From Octopus vulgaris (Eukaryota), in assembly GCA_951406725.2 (NCBI GenBank), contig OX597828.1, positions 24,738,001 to 24,802,000 on the forward strand: 64,000 nucleotides of DNA, written 5' to 3'. The notes beneath the pieces were generated by a model. The model did not search any database and was not told the DNA's origin. It saw only the letters and a list, made by a program, of their open reading frames with translations. Below, in pieces: positions 1 to 14,591 of this stretch; positions within the stretch are counted from its first letter, which is position 1; the number at the start of each line of letters is the position of its first letter. Position numbers and translations under genes: made by a program.

Positions 1-79
1 ATGCTTCAACACACAAACTCGCATAAAGAATCTTGCAAGCCAAATATATATATATATCTAAATGTTATATATAAATATG

Positions 80-115
<36 letters not shown>

Positions 116-478
116 CTAGCAGTATCGCCCGGCGTTGCTCAGGTTTGTAAGGGAAATAACTATAAAGCATTTTTAGAGAGTTATAGCCAAAAAACAGCAA
201 AAAAATGATGGTAATTTTTTTTTTAGTTAAAAAAGGTGGAGTTGCGTCCCCTAGACAGTTTGTGGTTCGTGTTTCTGATTGTCGACCCTATGTCGAATTT
301 ATCGATTTTTTTCAGAACTGGGGGAACTTTTCAAAATTTTCGCTGCGTTAGTTTTGTATTATGGCATTGGGCTATGTGTGTGTCAAGTTTCATCAGAATC
401 GGTTGAAAGCCGTGGTCAGGGTGAGGGTACAAGCAAACAGACACACAGAAACACGCACAGACAAACTGCCGTTTATAT

Positions 479-481
<3 letters not shown>
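116..481 (-). mobile_element. Non-autonomous Helitron, copy 1
   Basis: Minus strand starts TCTATATAAAC and ends with a GC hairpin (CCTGAGCAACGCCGGG) followed by ...CTGCTAG. It sits between A and T within (TA)n, with no TSD. The 3' ~65 bp are nearly identical to 36455-36522. Confidence 0.75.
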
Positions 482-519
<38 letters not shown>

Positions 520-520
<1 letters not shown>

Positions 521-906
521 TCTTACTTGTTTCAGTCATTTGACTGCGGCCATGCTGGAGCACCGCCTTTAGTCGAGGGAATCGACCCCGGGACTTATTC
601 TTTGTAAGCCCAGTACTTATTCTATAGTTCTCTTTTTGCCGAACCGCCAGGTGACGGGGACGTAAACACACCAGCATCGGTTGTCAAGCAATGCTTAGGG
701 GGACAAACACAGACACACAAACACACACACATACATACATATATACAAACACATATATACGACAGGCTTCTTTCAGTTTCCGTCTACCAAATCCACTCGG
801 CCCGGGGCTATAGCAGAAGACACTTGCCCAAGATGCCACGCAGTGGGACTGAAACCAGAACCATGTGGCTGGTTAGCAAGCTACTTACCACACGACCACT
901 CCTGCG

Positions 907-909
<3 letters not shown>
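520..909 (-). mobile_element. tRNA-derived SINE, family A
   Basis: Minus head AGGCGCAGGAGTGGTCGTGTGGTAAG...GGTTTCAGTCCC has A/B-box-like motifs. Internal (TG/TA) tract, flanked by (TA)n, and near-identical to 25642-26033. Confidence 0.8.
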
Positions 910-959
<50 letters not shown>

Positions 960-1502
960 TTTATCTTATTATATGGTTGAACGCCACGCATCCTCTTCCA
1001 AGTATACACAGCATAAGGTTAAGTATATTAAAATGGGCGTGTGGGAAAACTTATTTAAATAAAAGGGTTGGGGACCAAGGCTGGGAATCATTCGTATAGA
1101 TTAAACATACACAACAAAGCATTTGGGTGGAACATGCATTATAGAAGTATTAAATTGTGGGTTTGTTGGAATACAATAAGGTAAATTGCAACCAATTATT
1201 TTCAGCGGATTTACTTAGTTAATTGTATAATATAATATTACGATTAGAATATATAAAATATTATGTATTTTTGTGCTTTATTATTTTCCGCCACTTCACT
1301 GCTGTCATACGTGAATTTTATTCGAAAGAATCGTCACCCAGCGCTTATTTTTTAAGGCCTGCTTCATATATGGACATGCGTCTTTCTCTTTCTCCTTCTC
1401 TCTATCTCTCTCTCTCTCCATATGAGTGTGTTTGTGTGTGTGTGTATGTGTGTGTGTAAGTGTGTATGCGTCTATGTGTGTGCAGGTGTGTATCAGTGTG
1501 TT

Positions 1503-1555
<53 letters not shown>

Positions 1556-1641
1556 CAACAATTGAGGGTAAAATTAATTAATTATTAATCAATTTCACCA
1601 AGTATTCAGTATGTAAAGGGACCATTTAAGGCGAATTCAAA

Positions 1642-1933
1642 ATATTACATTTTATAAAGGGCTTAGTAAAATAAATTACTTTGCCACATACTGAACTCAT
1701 TAGAAATAGCAGCCAAAAAAAAATTTTTTTAGCCATTTCTAATACTTAAAGAAAATTTCTCTCAGATAGTGTTTACTCAAAATAACCCATGTGGGTTATT
1801 TTGAGTAAACACTATCTGAGAGAAATTTTCTTTAAGTATTAGAAATGGCTAAAAAAATTTTTTTTTGGCTGCTATTTCTAATGAGTTCAGTATGTGGCAA
1901 AGTAATTTATTTTACTAAGCCCTTTATAAAATG

Positions 1934-1939
<6 letters not shown>
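1642..1939. repeat. Perfect long palindrome (148-bp arms, 2-nt loop)
   Basis: 1642-1789 is the reverse complement of 1792-1939; centre AACCCA-TG-TGGGTT. The A9T7/A7T9 runs are also mirrored exactly. Confidence 0.95.
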
Positions 1940-2008
<69 letters not shown>

Positions 2009-2284
2009 GTATATATGTATATATGCATACATAGTAGAAAGATAGACTGATAAGTTAAAACAACTTGTTTGCACTCATTTCCTCACAGTCTATATATATA
2101 TATATATATATATACAGATAGATACATATCCACTGCGCTGTGAAGATCCAATCTCAACTTTATTATGGCTCATTCATCTGAGTTTTCCAATATTCCATTA
2201 TTGCCGTACCACACACCACACATATAGTCTGTATCTGGCTTTAATAGCTGTTTCATTAATTAATAACTTCTGTAGTTATTGCAA

Positions 2285-2508
<224 letters not shown>

Positions 2509-3014
2509 CAATATGTTGTAATTTTCTGAGATCTGAGATAATCAACATGTGCTCGATATTATATAATTGTTGAGGAAAAAAATTATCAAAGATAACCAAA
2601 CATACCGCCTGTCCTATGATAATAATGAGAACACTAAAACACTTTTAGTTTCGTGTGATAACTAAAGTGCATTGTTTTTATCGAGAAATATGGCAGACAT
2701 GATAATTACTCCATCTATATTTTTATGGAAGCAGTAAACTGGCAGAATTTTCGAGAACTTGGGATAAATGTTTTCTAGTACATCTTGCGGCTGTTGATAT
2801 AATGAAGTACGAGAATTCTGAAGTCAACGCGTTTAATAAAATAAGGTACCGGTCCTCTGGCGTGAACACGCTTAATATGCTAAAGTGCTACCTAAGTAGC
2901 TGGGTTTAGTACGACGTTTCCACATTTGTGTTCCGAAAACTTTTGGGCTTGCTGACGTAATTATTCTTTCGAGGTCAGCAAGTTCGTGGGGACTGGAGTT
3001 GGTTTTATTGGCGC

Positions 3015-3015
<1 letters not shown>

Positions 3016-3105
<90 letters not shown>

Positions 3106-3174
3106 GGTGGTGCTGGTGCTGGTGGTGGTGCTGGTGGTGCTGGTGGTGCTGGTGGTGCTGGTGGTGCTGGTGGT
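3016..3174. repeat. (AGT)n-(GGT/GCT)n compound microsatellite
   Basis: Directly visible. Confidence 0.95.
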
Positions 3175-3269
3175 ACCGACCTCGCCAAAAGTGAATTTAG
3201 AAACTTAAAGAAGTATTAAATACCGCCAAGAATTTCGCTCAGCATAGCAACTTCTCAGCCGAATAATAC

Positions 3270-3327
<58 letters not shown>

Positions 3328-3328
<1 letters not shown>

Positions 3329-3819
3329 GCTTTGATGCAATACCAGACAGTGGCTCTCATGGCTTCTGATCTTAACTGATTGGAAGTCTTATCATGTACA
3401 TTGTTTTGTCTTGGTATAAAAGATGGAAGTATTCTGCTCAACGTCACAGATTTCCATGACAGTTATTTGACCGTAACTAGTTGAGCATGTCCCTTAGTGG
3501 CTGATGATATGTGCATCTCTGAGCAGAAGTAGTCGGGGAGCATCATAGCCATGTGCCGAGACGAATTCTTTGAGGATTGAATAATTCCCCTTTAGAAACA
3601 TGGGTGTTTCGTTCAACATCTTTAAACAAACCTTATTTTGGGACCTTTTGAGCGGGATGGACTACTCAACTGGGCCTCACTTGCAAGGTCATGCGTACAT
3701 GTGGTTGTGATGTATGTGCCTAGTGTACACTTATCAGCTGCATATTCATGATGGGTATATTAAGCTTCTTATAATTGTACCTCAGTGTTACTTTGATGAC
3801 ATCCGCTGCTCTCTCATTC
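3328..3819. mobile_element. Unclassified insertion flanked on both sides by (TAA)n, probably a non-LTR element remnant
   Basis: Complex sequence embedded between (TAA)n tracts, like the neighbouring R4/Dong pieces. No protein motif recognised. Confidence 0.4.
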
Positions 3820-3850
<31 letters not shown>

Positions 3851-3852
<2 letters not shown>

Positions 3853-4418
3853 CGCAGAAAGAATATAAGAGACGCCACGACAATATAGCAAGTTTTGTCC
3901 ATTGAACACTTTGCAACAAGTGTGGACTTGACAGAGGAAAAAATTGGTACAACCACAAACCCGAAGGCATCATCGAAAATGATAATGCAAAGATCCTGTG
4001 GGGTTTTATGATTCGGTGCATCCACGAGATAGAGAATAGGAAGCCAGACATAGTCTTAACTGAGAAAGAAAGCAAATTATGCTGGATCATAGATATAGCA
4101 TGCCCAGCTGACATCTGAGTATGCGATAAGGAAGAAAGAAAAGTCGACAGATATGACAGGTTAGATTGGGAAGTTAAGCAGTTGTGGTCGATGAAAAAGG
4201 TTGTGGTAGTACCAATAATAGTTAGAACCCTGTGAACAGTGAGAAAAATCTTGAGAAGTACATGGAGCATATAGGGGCTACAATAAGGGTGGATCACTGC
4301 TTGAAACCGCTCGAATACTCCAGAAGGTGCTCGAAAAATAAGAGGTGCTAACTTTGTTCACTGGTAGTGAACAGCTGACACCGTAGTACATCTCCAGCTT
4401 TAGAATCTGTGCAATGGC
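3851..4418 (+). mobile_element. R4/Dong-type non-LTR retrotransposon 3' fragment (RLE domain, pseudogenised)
   Basis: Translates QKEYKRRHDNIA..H*..C..WYNHKPEGIIENDNAKILWGFMIRCIHEIENRKPDIVLTEKESKLCWIIDIACPAD, i.e. RHD plus PD..D restriction-like endonuclease motifs, with in-frame stops. (TAA)n on both sides. 3' UTR matches 61068-61170. Confidence 0.85.
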
Positions 4419-4482
<64 letters not shown>

Positions 4483-4492
4483 GTAATAATAA

Positions 4493-4579
4493 CCAACATG
4501 AACTTCCAACTTGTCTCTTGAGGTCTCTGGGTGAGACTTGGAGCCAGCTTGTGCAAATGTAAAGCAAAAGTCAAACATA

Positions 4580-4580
<1 letters not shown>
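4493..4580 (+). mobile_element. R4/Dong-type 3' UTR fragment
   Basis: Matches the reverse complement of 63086-63180, which continues into an RLE ORF end. Flanked by (TAA)n. Confidence 0.7.
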
Positions 4581-4643
<63 letters not shown>

Positions 4644-4648
4644 CAATG

Positions 4649-4701
<53 letters not shown>

Positions 4702-5144
4702 GATGATGACGATGATGATGATGATTATGATGATAATGGTGATGGTGATTCTCATCATGATGATGATCATGATTTCTTTTATTAGCCAGAAGGCTGGACA
4801 ATCAAGACATCAAATGACGTGGTACGACACACAAAAAAGGCTTCGATTTTACAAATGACAAACAACACAATAATGATATTGAAATACAATTTACTAAAAT
4901 AAACAATTGAATAATAGATAAATAAATAAAATCTCCTTTGGTGAGTTGCGGATAGGGCAAGAAAGACGTGACGGTACATGCCATGATATACATCCATTGC
5001 TTATAAAAACACGAGGTGCCTACCACCCCGTCGCATCTCGACAAAAAAATAGTAGAGAGGACAACTACTTGAGACCCATGGCCTCATATATAGTCACCTT
5101 GTGATATTATCATTTCTTTATCTTTATTATTATTATTATTACTT

Positions 5145-5471
<327 letters not shown>

Positions 5472-5495
5472 TCATTATTATTATTATTATTATTA

Positions 5496-5551
<56 letters not shown>

Positions 5552-6103
5552 TGAAGGAATAAATATGTTATTTCTATTGCTTTTGCTATATGCTACTCTT
5601 CACGTTGGGACTCGTGTGCAGAGCTAAAGCAACGGTGCTAAAATGTCAATGTCAGCAAATGCGTTTTTTATTGGCAATAAGAAGTATGTTTAATTGCAAC
5701 AAATGGTGTCACATAGTGAAACAGAATACGGTTGGGGATGAGCATGACAACAGAACAAAACGAAATATATTTTTTTATTGTAAGCAGTGAGTTTTTTGTT
5801 TTCTAGCATATAACTCCACGGGAGAGCATTGTGCGTACACACATACACACATTCCCTCACTCAAACACACACCCGCGCATATGCGTGTGTGTGTGCATGT
5901 ATGTGTGTTTGTGTGTGTATGTGTGTGTGTGTATACAGAGGAAGCGAGAGCGGAAAACATATAAACCCGTCGGTACTTAAATCCGTAGATATTAAGATTA
6001 CACGCACGCCCACACAAACAGACACACACACACACACACTCACTCCTCATATATGTATATGTGTATGTATGTATATATATATATATATATACTTATATAT
6101 ACA

Positions 6104-6199
<96 letters not shown>

Positions 6200-6304
6200 C
6201 ATATATATGTGTATATAATATGTGTGTATCCTGTTTCATTGGTAGAGCTTTTGTATGTATGTAGACATGTAAATGTTTTCCCAAATGAATGTACTTCATG
6301 TTTG

Positions 6305-6388
6305 AACCCCTCTGAGGAAGCTGCAGGATGATACTCAAGTACTCAATAATGAAATCATTGAACCTTTTAGCAGAAACAGCTGTCAGTT
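6305..6388 (+). ncRNA. Candidate minimal type-I hammerhead ribozyme
   Basis: CTGAGGA (6312-6318), long stem II (agctgcagg...ccttttagca), then GAAAC AGCT GTC (6373-6384). Stem I is weak. Confidence 0.55.
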
Positions 6389-6739
6389 AATAACTGTTTA
6401 TTCTTTTATCACCTCAGTTTGCTATTCCCTCTCCAATTTCCTGTTTCCTATTTCCTCGGCTGACACTTCGTACCGAGAGGTATGTATAGGGAATTTTTTC
6501 ACCAGGTTATTAGCAGCGCTAAACTTTAGCGAAATATTGATTTCAAAATTTGACACGAGGGCCGAAATTTTGAGACAGGACCTAAGTCGATTAAACTGAC
6601 CCTAGTGTCCAACTCCGAGGGGACGAAAGGCAAATTCGACCCCGACGGTAACCTAAGCAAAATCTTTTAAATATATACATATATATATGTGAGTGTGTGT
6701 GTGTGTCTGTGCGTGCGTGTGTGTATATGTATGTATATA

Positions 6740-6795
<56 letters not shown>

Positions 6796-6798
<3 letters not shown>

Positions 6799-7251
6799 GA
6801 GGATGAGTCAAAAAGTAATGCCATTTTGTTCAGGACAGGTATAATTACCAACACAGGAACTTGTATCATACGTCAAGATGAAGCTAGTCCTCTGTGGATC
6901 ACATCTCTACTTTTCCACACGGTCACCGTTTCTCTCAATAGCAATGTTCCACCTTCGAATGAGAGCATGTATCCCTGCCCCATAAAATTCTGTTCACTGT
7001 CCTTTGAACCACTTCTTCACTGCCTCCACACTCACCAGATTTAGCGCCTCCTGACTATCATCTCTTCGGCGCTAGGAAAGAGGGTTTGAGAGGCAAACAT
7101 TAATTATTCCAGTGACGTGGAAGTGAAAACTGTAGTGAAGAAGTGGCTCAAGGACAATCAACAGAATTTTACGGGTCAGGGATACATGCTATCATTCGAA
7201 GGAGGAGTATTGCTATTAAGAGAAATGGTGACTATGTTGAGAAGTAGGGAT
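6796..7251. mobile_element. Mariner-derived fold-back (MITE-like) remnant
   Basis: TIR-like CACGAGGATGAGTCAAAAAGTAA. The + strand encodes HSPDLAPPDYHLFG (7029-) and ...NGDYVEK* (mariner C-terminus). 6899-7023 is an inverted copy of 7132-7251. Confidence 0.8.
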
Positions 7252-7273
7252 ATATATATACATATATATATAT

Positions 7274-7356
<83 letters not shown>

Positions 7357-7906
7357 TCAATTGGTGTTGCAAGATTCCTGATGTGTATGTGCATATATAT
7401 GTATTGTATGTATCTATTAGATACGTCCACAGCTACAGACACACACACGCACGCACACACACATATACACACATCTACACACATATATATATATATAGAT
7501 ATAGATGTACATATAGATAGTGATATATATATATATACATTGACACACGTACGTATATACAAATGCGTGCGTGAGTGTATGTAACTCTGTGTGTCTGTGT
7601 GTGTACATGTATGTGTGTGTGTCAGACAGCTTTCCAAAAGCTATCACGAAAAAGTTGATGATGGTGACGATGACGATTGATGATGATAATGAAGATGATG
7701 ATGAGGATGAGGATGCCACGATGACGATGATGATAAACGAAATAAGGCTAATTTAAGGAACGGTAATGGTACCAAGGTGTTGGAACGGTGCTAAATATGG
7801 CATCAATATCTTTTACCATTAGAATTATTCTACAAGGAGAACAGAATAGAACACTTTAAACATCAAAAATAAAAGCGTATACTTACATACAAATATACAT
7901 ACCTAA

Positions 7907-8024
<118 letters not shown>

Positions 8025-8763
8025 TAGATAGATAGATATATATATATGTATATATATATATGCATGTATATATATGTACATATATATATATATATATATT
8101 TATATATGTCTATATATGTATGTGTATATATATATACATATATATATATATAGACACAAGGGCGGCCGTAACAATCAAAATGTTTTGTGCAAAACTGTTA
8201 TCGTTGCCTTGAGACATTTTAAAACGTGGCACAACGTAAAGTATTAGGTGTTAATGGAGGAGGGGAGATGTCGATGGTTGTGGTCATGGTGGTACTGTCG
8301 GTAGTGCACTAGTCGCTCTTGATATTGTTGCTGTTTTTGTTGTGATTGTTGTTGCTGTATTTGCAGCGTGTGGTGAAGGTGATGATAATGCTGACGGCAG
8401 TTGTGGTGTTGGTTGGGGGTGGGGGGGTAATACTGTTGATGTTGTTATTGTTGTAGTGCTGTTGAAAGCTATTGTTCAAGTTGTTGTTGTTGCAGTTCTC
8501 AAGTTTTTGTTGTTGTAGTTCGATAATCATTCCGAAATGTACACAATCTATATTTAGTAACTATTAACAAGTAATGTGTGATTTCTTCGGTGCATTTATG
8601 CATAATCTGTTGATATACATCCATCCATCCACACATACATACATGCATACATACATGCATACATACATACGTACAGACATACATACTTACATATATACAT
8701 GCATACCTGCACACACATACATGCATGTATGTATGTATGTATATATATGTGTGTGTGTGTGTG

Positions 8764-8832
<69 letters not shown>

Positions 8833-8835
<3 letters not shown>

Positions 8836-8972
8836 GTAACTTAGCGGGGGTAGAATAACTACTAGAACAACTACACGGCTTACAAAGAATAATAATAAGT
8901 CCTAAGGTCGATTTGTCCGACTGAAGGTGGTGCACCAGCATGGCCGCAGTCAAATGGCTGAAACGAATAAAA
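8833..8972 (+). mobile_element. SINE family A, 3' fragment
   Basis: GGTGGTGCACCAGCATGGCCGCAGTCAAATGGCTGAAAC matches the family A tail. Confidence 0.7.
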
Positions 8973-9027
<55 letters not shown>

Positions 9028-9076
9028 AATATACCTGTGTATATGTAAATATGTGTGTGTGTCTAAATATGTATGC

Positions 9077-9107
<31 letters not shown>

Positions 9108-9109
9108 TA

Positions 9110-9194
<85 letters not shown>

Positions 9195-9235
9195 TTTTGT
9201 TTGTTTGTGTGTGTTTGTGATTGTGTGTGGCTATA

Positions 9236-9322
<87 letters not shown>

Positions 9323-9370
9323 CAAAATAAAAACGTGATGCAAAGGATTTAGCGGTACATATATTTTGGG

Positions 9371-9465
<95 letters not shown>

Positions 9466-9708
9466 ACATATATATATATTATATATATATACTCACACTC
9501 AAATATAATTGTATGTATGTGTATGTATGTATGTATGTATGCATGTATGTATGTATGTATGTATGTATGTATGCATGTATGTATGTATGTACATGTGTAA
9601 GCTGAAGATTCTTTGATGAAAATTTTTAGAAGGGAAGGGTAGGGGCAGTGTTGAATGCATGCTCCCTTGTGGCTCTGTCTGTCTCTCTCTCTCTCATTCT
9701 CTCTCTCT

Positions 9709-9745
<37 letters not shown>

Positions 9746-9928
9746 CTCTCATTGTGAGGACAAACTAAAGAAAAAAAAAAAGATATAAAAAAAATTTTGT
9801 TTATATAAAATGATGATGATAAGGAGAGGAGATAATAAAATAAAAAATAAAAAAAGAAGATAATAGATATTAAGTTTAAGCTGTTCCAAAGTTTGCAGCG
9901 ATTTATTCAAATATATAAATAAGTATAC

Positions 9929-10010
<82 letters not shown>

Positions 10011-10075
10011 CAAATGCACTTACGAATAGGACACCAACATTATATATGTATACATATATATACATATATACATAC

Positions 10076-10151
<76 letters not shown>

Positions 10152-10157
10152 ATATAT

Positions 10158-10414
10158 GGAGGCGCAATGGCCTAGTGGTTAGGGTAGCGAACTCGCGGTC
10201 GTAGGATCGCGGTTTCGATTCCCAGACCGGGCGTTGTGATTGTTTATTGAACGAAAACACCTAAAAGCTCCACAAGGCTCCGGCAGGGGGTGGTGATCCC
10301 TGCTGTACTCTTTCACCACTCTTTCTCCCACTCTTTCTTCTGTTGGCCTGCTCGCTTAGCCAGCGAGGTGGCGTCATTCGAAACATCTGATGGACTGGTC
10401 GGTCACGTGATCAC
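10158..10414 (+). mobile_element. tRNA-derived SINE, family B
   Basis: GGAGGCGCAATGGCCTAGTGGTTAGGG...GGTTTCGATTCCC has A and B boxes. Head shared with 17961 and 50785(-). Lies in (TA)n. Confidence 0.8.
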
Positions 10415-10531
10415 ATATAAATATATATATATATATATATTGTGTGTAAATAAAAATTTAATTTTTATTTTTATTTTTCTTCTTTTTTATATATACTTTG
10501 AATATATATATATATATATATATAAAATATA

Positions 10532-10599
<68 letters not shown>

Positions 10600-10602
10600 C
10601 AC

Positions 10603-10651
<49 letters not shown>

Positions 10652-10687
10652 CCAACAGCCACATATATATATATATAATATATATAT

Positions 10688-10750
<63 letters not shown>

Positions 10751-10851
10751 TATACATATATACATATAAATATATACCCATGTGTGTGTGCGTACATGTG
10801 TATGCATGTGTGTATCGACATGTATGAGTGCGCCACGTGCACATGTTCTTT

Positions 10852-10967
<116 letters not shown>

Positions 10968-10974
10968 TGTGTAT

Positions 10975-11420
10975 ATTTAAATCCAATTAGAGGTAGTGTT
11001 AACCTCACCAAGGAATAGTTACATCCAAGGAAATACTGGTTCAATTCTTAGTATTTTGGGGGAATGAATTTCCCTAACATAAAGGGTATAAATAAAAACA
11101 TATAACTTCTATTCGTTTAAAAGAAGAAAATGGTGATTGGGAAGTCAATAATTGTTTATTATTAACAGCAAATTGGTGATCTTCACTTACGGCCGTTTCA
11201 ATTAATACTCAATAGGCATTAAATTTACATTTATTCGACATAAGCAAAATATCATCAGTGGGGAAAAGATACACCTTTGGATGCTTTATGTGTGTTTGTG
11301 AATTCATTTTAGCAGACTAAAATGAGTTTGCTAAAATGATTTCACAAACACACAAATGAGTGGAAACGTATGTCGTATCTAAATAAAGTCTAATAGAAAA
11401 TCCATCTCCAAATATTAATT
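10975..11420 (-). mobile_element. Putative Penelope-like element terminal fragment with degenerate hammerhead
   Basis: Microsatellite-flanked island. Minus strand has CTGATGA (11258-11252) ... GAAAC GGCC GTA (11199-11188), and there is an internal hairpin at 11289-11354. Confidence 0.45.
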
Positions 11421-11448
11421 AATACTATTATACACACACACACACACA

Positions 11449-11663
<215 letters not shown>

Positions 11664-11700
11664 GTACGTATGTATGTATGTGTTTATGTATGAATATATA

Positions 11701-11869
11701 TAGAACAAGCAGAAAGATAAATATTTTTTCAACATGTAAATACTGAACAGTTTATATAAAAGATAAAATCATTTTTAAAAGCTAATTTTTCTGCTCTTTT
11801 ACCCTTTTATCCTTTATATAATCTGTTCAGTATTTATGTGTTGAAAAAATTTATCTTCTTGCTTGTTCT
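11701..11869. repeat. Imperfect inverted repeat (~65-bp arms)
   Basis: TAGAACAAGCAGAAAGATAAAT...ATAAAA versus TTTTATC...TTATCTTCTTGCTTGTTCTA. Confidence 0.8.
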
Positions 11870-11911
11870 ACATTTCAAAAACTAAATTATATTTATTTAC
11901 ATATGCCATGA

Positions 11912-11972
<61 letters not shown>

Positions 11973-11991
11973 AAGTATGTATATATATTAT

Positions 11992-12149
11992 ACCTTTATT
12001 TTTTCGGTCATTTGGGTGCGCCATGCTGGAGCACCGCCTTTTGTCGAGCAGATCAACTCCAGGAATTATTGTTTGCCGAACCGCTAAGTTACGGGGACAT
12101 ACTAACATCGATGGTCAAGCGAATGAGGGTGAAAGAAAACATATACACG

Positions 12150-12232
<83 letters not shown>

Positions 12233-12370
12233 GACAAGCTTCTTTTAGTTTCCGTCTACCAAATCCACTCACAAGGCTTTGGTCAGGCCGTGGCTATAGT
12301 AGAAGACACTATCCCGAGGAGCCACGCAGTAGGACAGATCCCGGAACCATGTGGTTGAGAAGCAAGCTTC
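11992..12370 (-). mobile_element. SINE family A (degraded, internal (TA)n expansion)
   Basis: Shares CCATGCTGGAGCACCGCC and TTTCCGTCTACCAAATCCACTCACAAGG blocks with 520-909. Confidence 0.75.
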
Positions 12371-12871
12371 GCATTTACCTATATAAGTAGGAGGTAATTA
12401 TTTATGCAGCTATGTATGTATGTACGTATGAATGTATGTATGTATGTGGGTGGATGCAGTCCATATGGTCTTCATATTCTTTATATTCAACACAAACATA
12501 AGATCACTCTTCAAAGACTATCAATGTTTCTGTCGATAGTAATGTGGTCGGACTCGTAAGATATGTAATTATTGTCAAACATGTAACAAGAAACATTGTA
12601 TATGCTACTCTGACGTTACGACAATTACACATACAGACCGCATGTACAAATTTATACGCATATAATCACACAGAGTTGGCGAGAATATATGTATGTACGT
12701 CACATCATTACAGCTTCACAAACAGACAGACACACGCACACATACACCCACAGGCGAGCGCACACGCATATGTACATCCATACGCTACACAAGGCAAAAT
12801 TGTACACACTTATAACTACATACACCCCACACACACACATATATATATATATATGATAGATAGATATAGAT

Positions 12872-12906
<35 letters not shown>

Positions 12907-13043
12907 TATATATATATTTAAAAATTAGAGATAAAACCACTATTAGGCAAATCATACAATAAAAAACTTAAGCCAATACATAAGATTATTTAATTTATAT
13001 TATTTAAATATATAACAAAATTATTAAAAACGATAGTTAATAT

Positions 13044-13113
13044 AACACTACGATCGTTTCATGGCTGTTCAATTCTTAAAATTTTCGAGTTACAGTCATT
13101 CATCAGGTGGTTT
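13044..13113 (-). ncRNA. Candidate minimal type-I hammerhead ribozyme (best-conserved copy)
   Basis: Minus: aaccac CTGATGA atgactgt...acagccat GAAAC GATC GTA gtgtt. Intact core, 7/8-bp stem II base, palindromic stem III loop, stem I cac/gtg plus aa/tt. Confidence 0.65.
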
Positions 13114-13869
13114 AAATATTTAATCGTAATCGTCGTGGAGGTCTTCCGGGTGGTCTTTTCCGGTAACGCGGGTACCACTCGACAATCTGCGTGCGTCCAC
13201 CGATTATCGGTGAGCCGGGCGACGTGTCCAGCCCATCTATACTTGCTGCGTGTATACTCTGCGATGACATCTCTCTCGCCGGACTTGAACTAACTGTTAC
13301 TTTTTTACTTTCTCAGATGTAGCACGGAATTTTGTCAGTGAACACGTCGTGGTTTCAAAGCCACAAAAATATTTTCACAAATGAAATTTGAATGTTGAAG
13401 TGAATCCAATGGTTATTTAGTGTGTGTTTTTAAATGGCTTATAATATATATCTACGATATATATATATATATATATATATATTGTATAGTTAGTTGTGTG
13501 TTGTTTGTGTGTGTCTGGATGGATGGATGGATGGATGGATGGATGGATGAATAGACAGACAGTATAGGCAAACAGAGTAGTGGATAACGAGTGAGAAAGC
13601 TATATAGATGCACAGCTAGAAAAAGGTGCACAGAGATATAGCAACATAAATATTTAACTTAAAATTCACAATTATGTAATGAGAAACTGACGCGGAATGT
13701 CAGATCTTTTGTCTTTTTTGCAGAAAACTTCTTTCGTATTTGTATTGTCTATACAATCATGTACACATTTCACACACACACACACACACGCGCGCGCTTG
13801 CGAGATACATACACACACACACTCAAACACAGGCTTTATTTACACATGCACACACACACACACACTTGC

Positions 13870-13942
<73 letters not shown>

Positions 13943-14084
13943 TGGATGGATGGATGGATGGATGGATGGATGGATGGATGGATGGAAGGATGGATGGATA
14001 GACAGATAGATAGACAGACAGACACTTAGATAGATAGATGATGGATAGACAGACAGATAGATAGATAGATAGATAGATAGATAT

Positions 14085-14118
<34 letters not shown>

Positions 14119-14591
14119 GATAGATATGCAGCCACACATGCATACACACATGCAGCCACACATGCATACACACACACACGTGTATATATAAATACTTACA
14201 TACGTACGTACAGGGTGCACACATGCATAGATACATACAGATTCACATGCATAAATGCATACATACAAACGCACACAAAATAATAAAACTGAGCGAAAGA
14301 CAAAGAGTGTCTTTAGTTTTATTGACTGATCGATCGTTCGTTATTGATTTTGCATCGATACTTATTTACGAAAATAATAAAATCTATTTGTACAACATGT
14401 GAAGTTGTTTGTATTCCCGCAGGAAATAACCTTAACCAGCTTCGCTGCATTGTTTCGATACCGTACAAACAATCAGCTAAGTATTATCGCATTACTTAAC
14501 GTTATTATTAATAACCACACTGTACTGTTTCTGTCGATAGTAATGTCCGGTCGCCAACCTCCACGTAAATTATGCAAATTTCGTTATGTTT

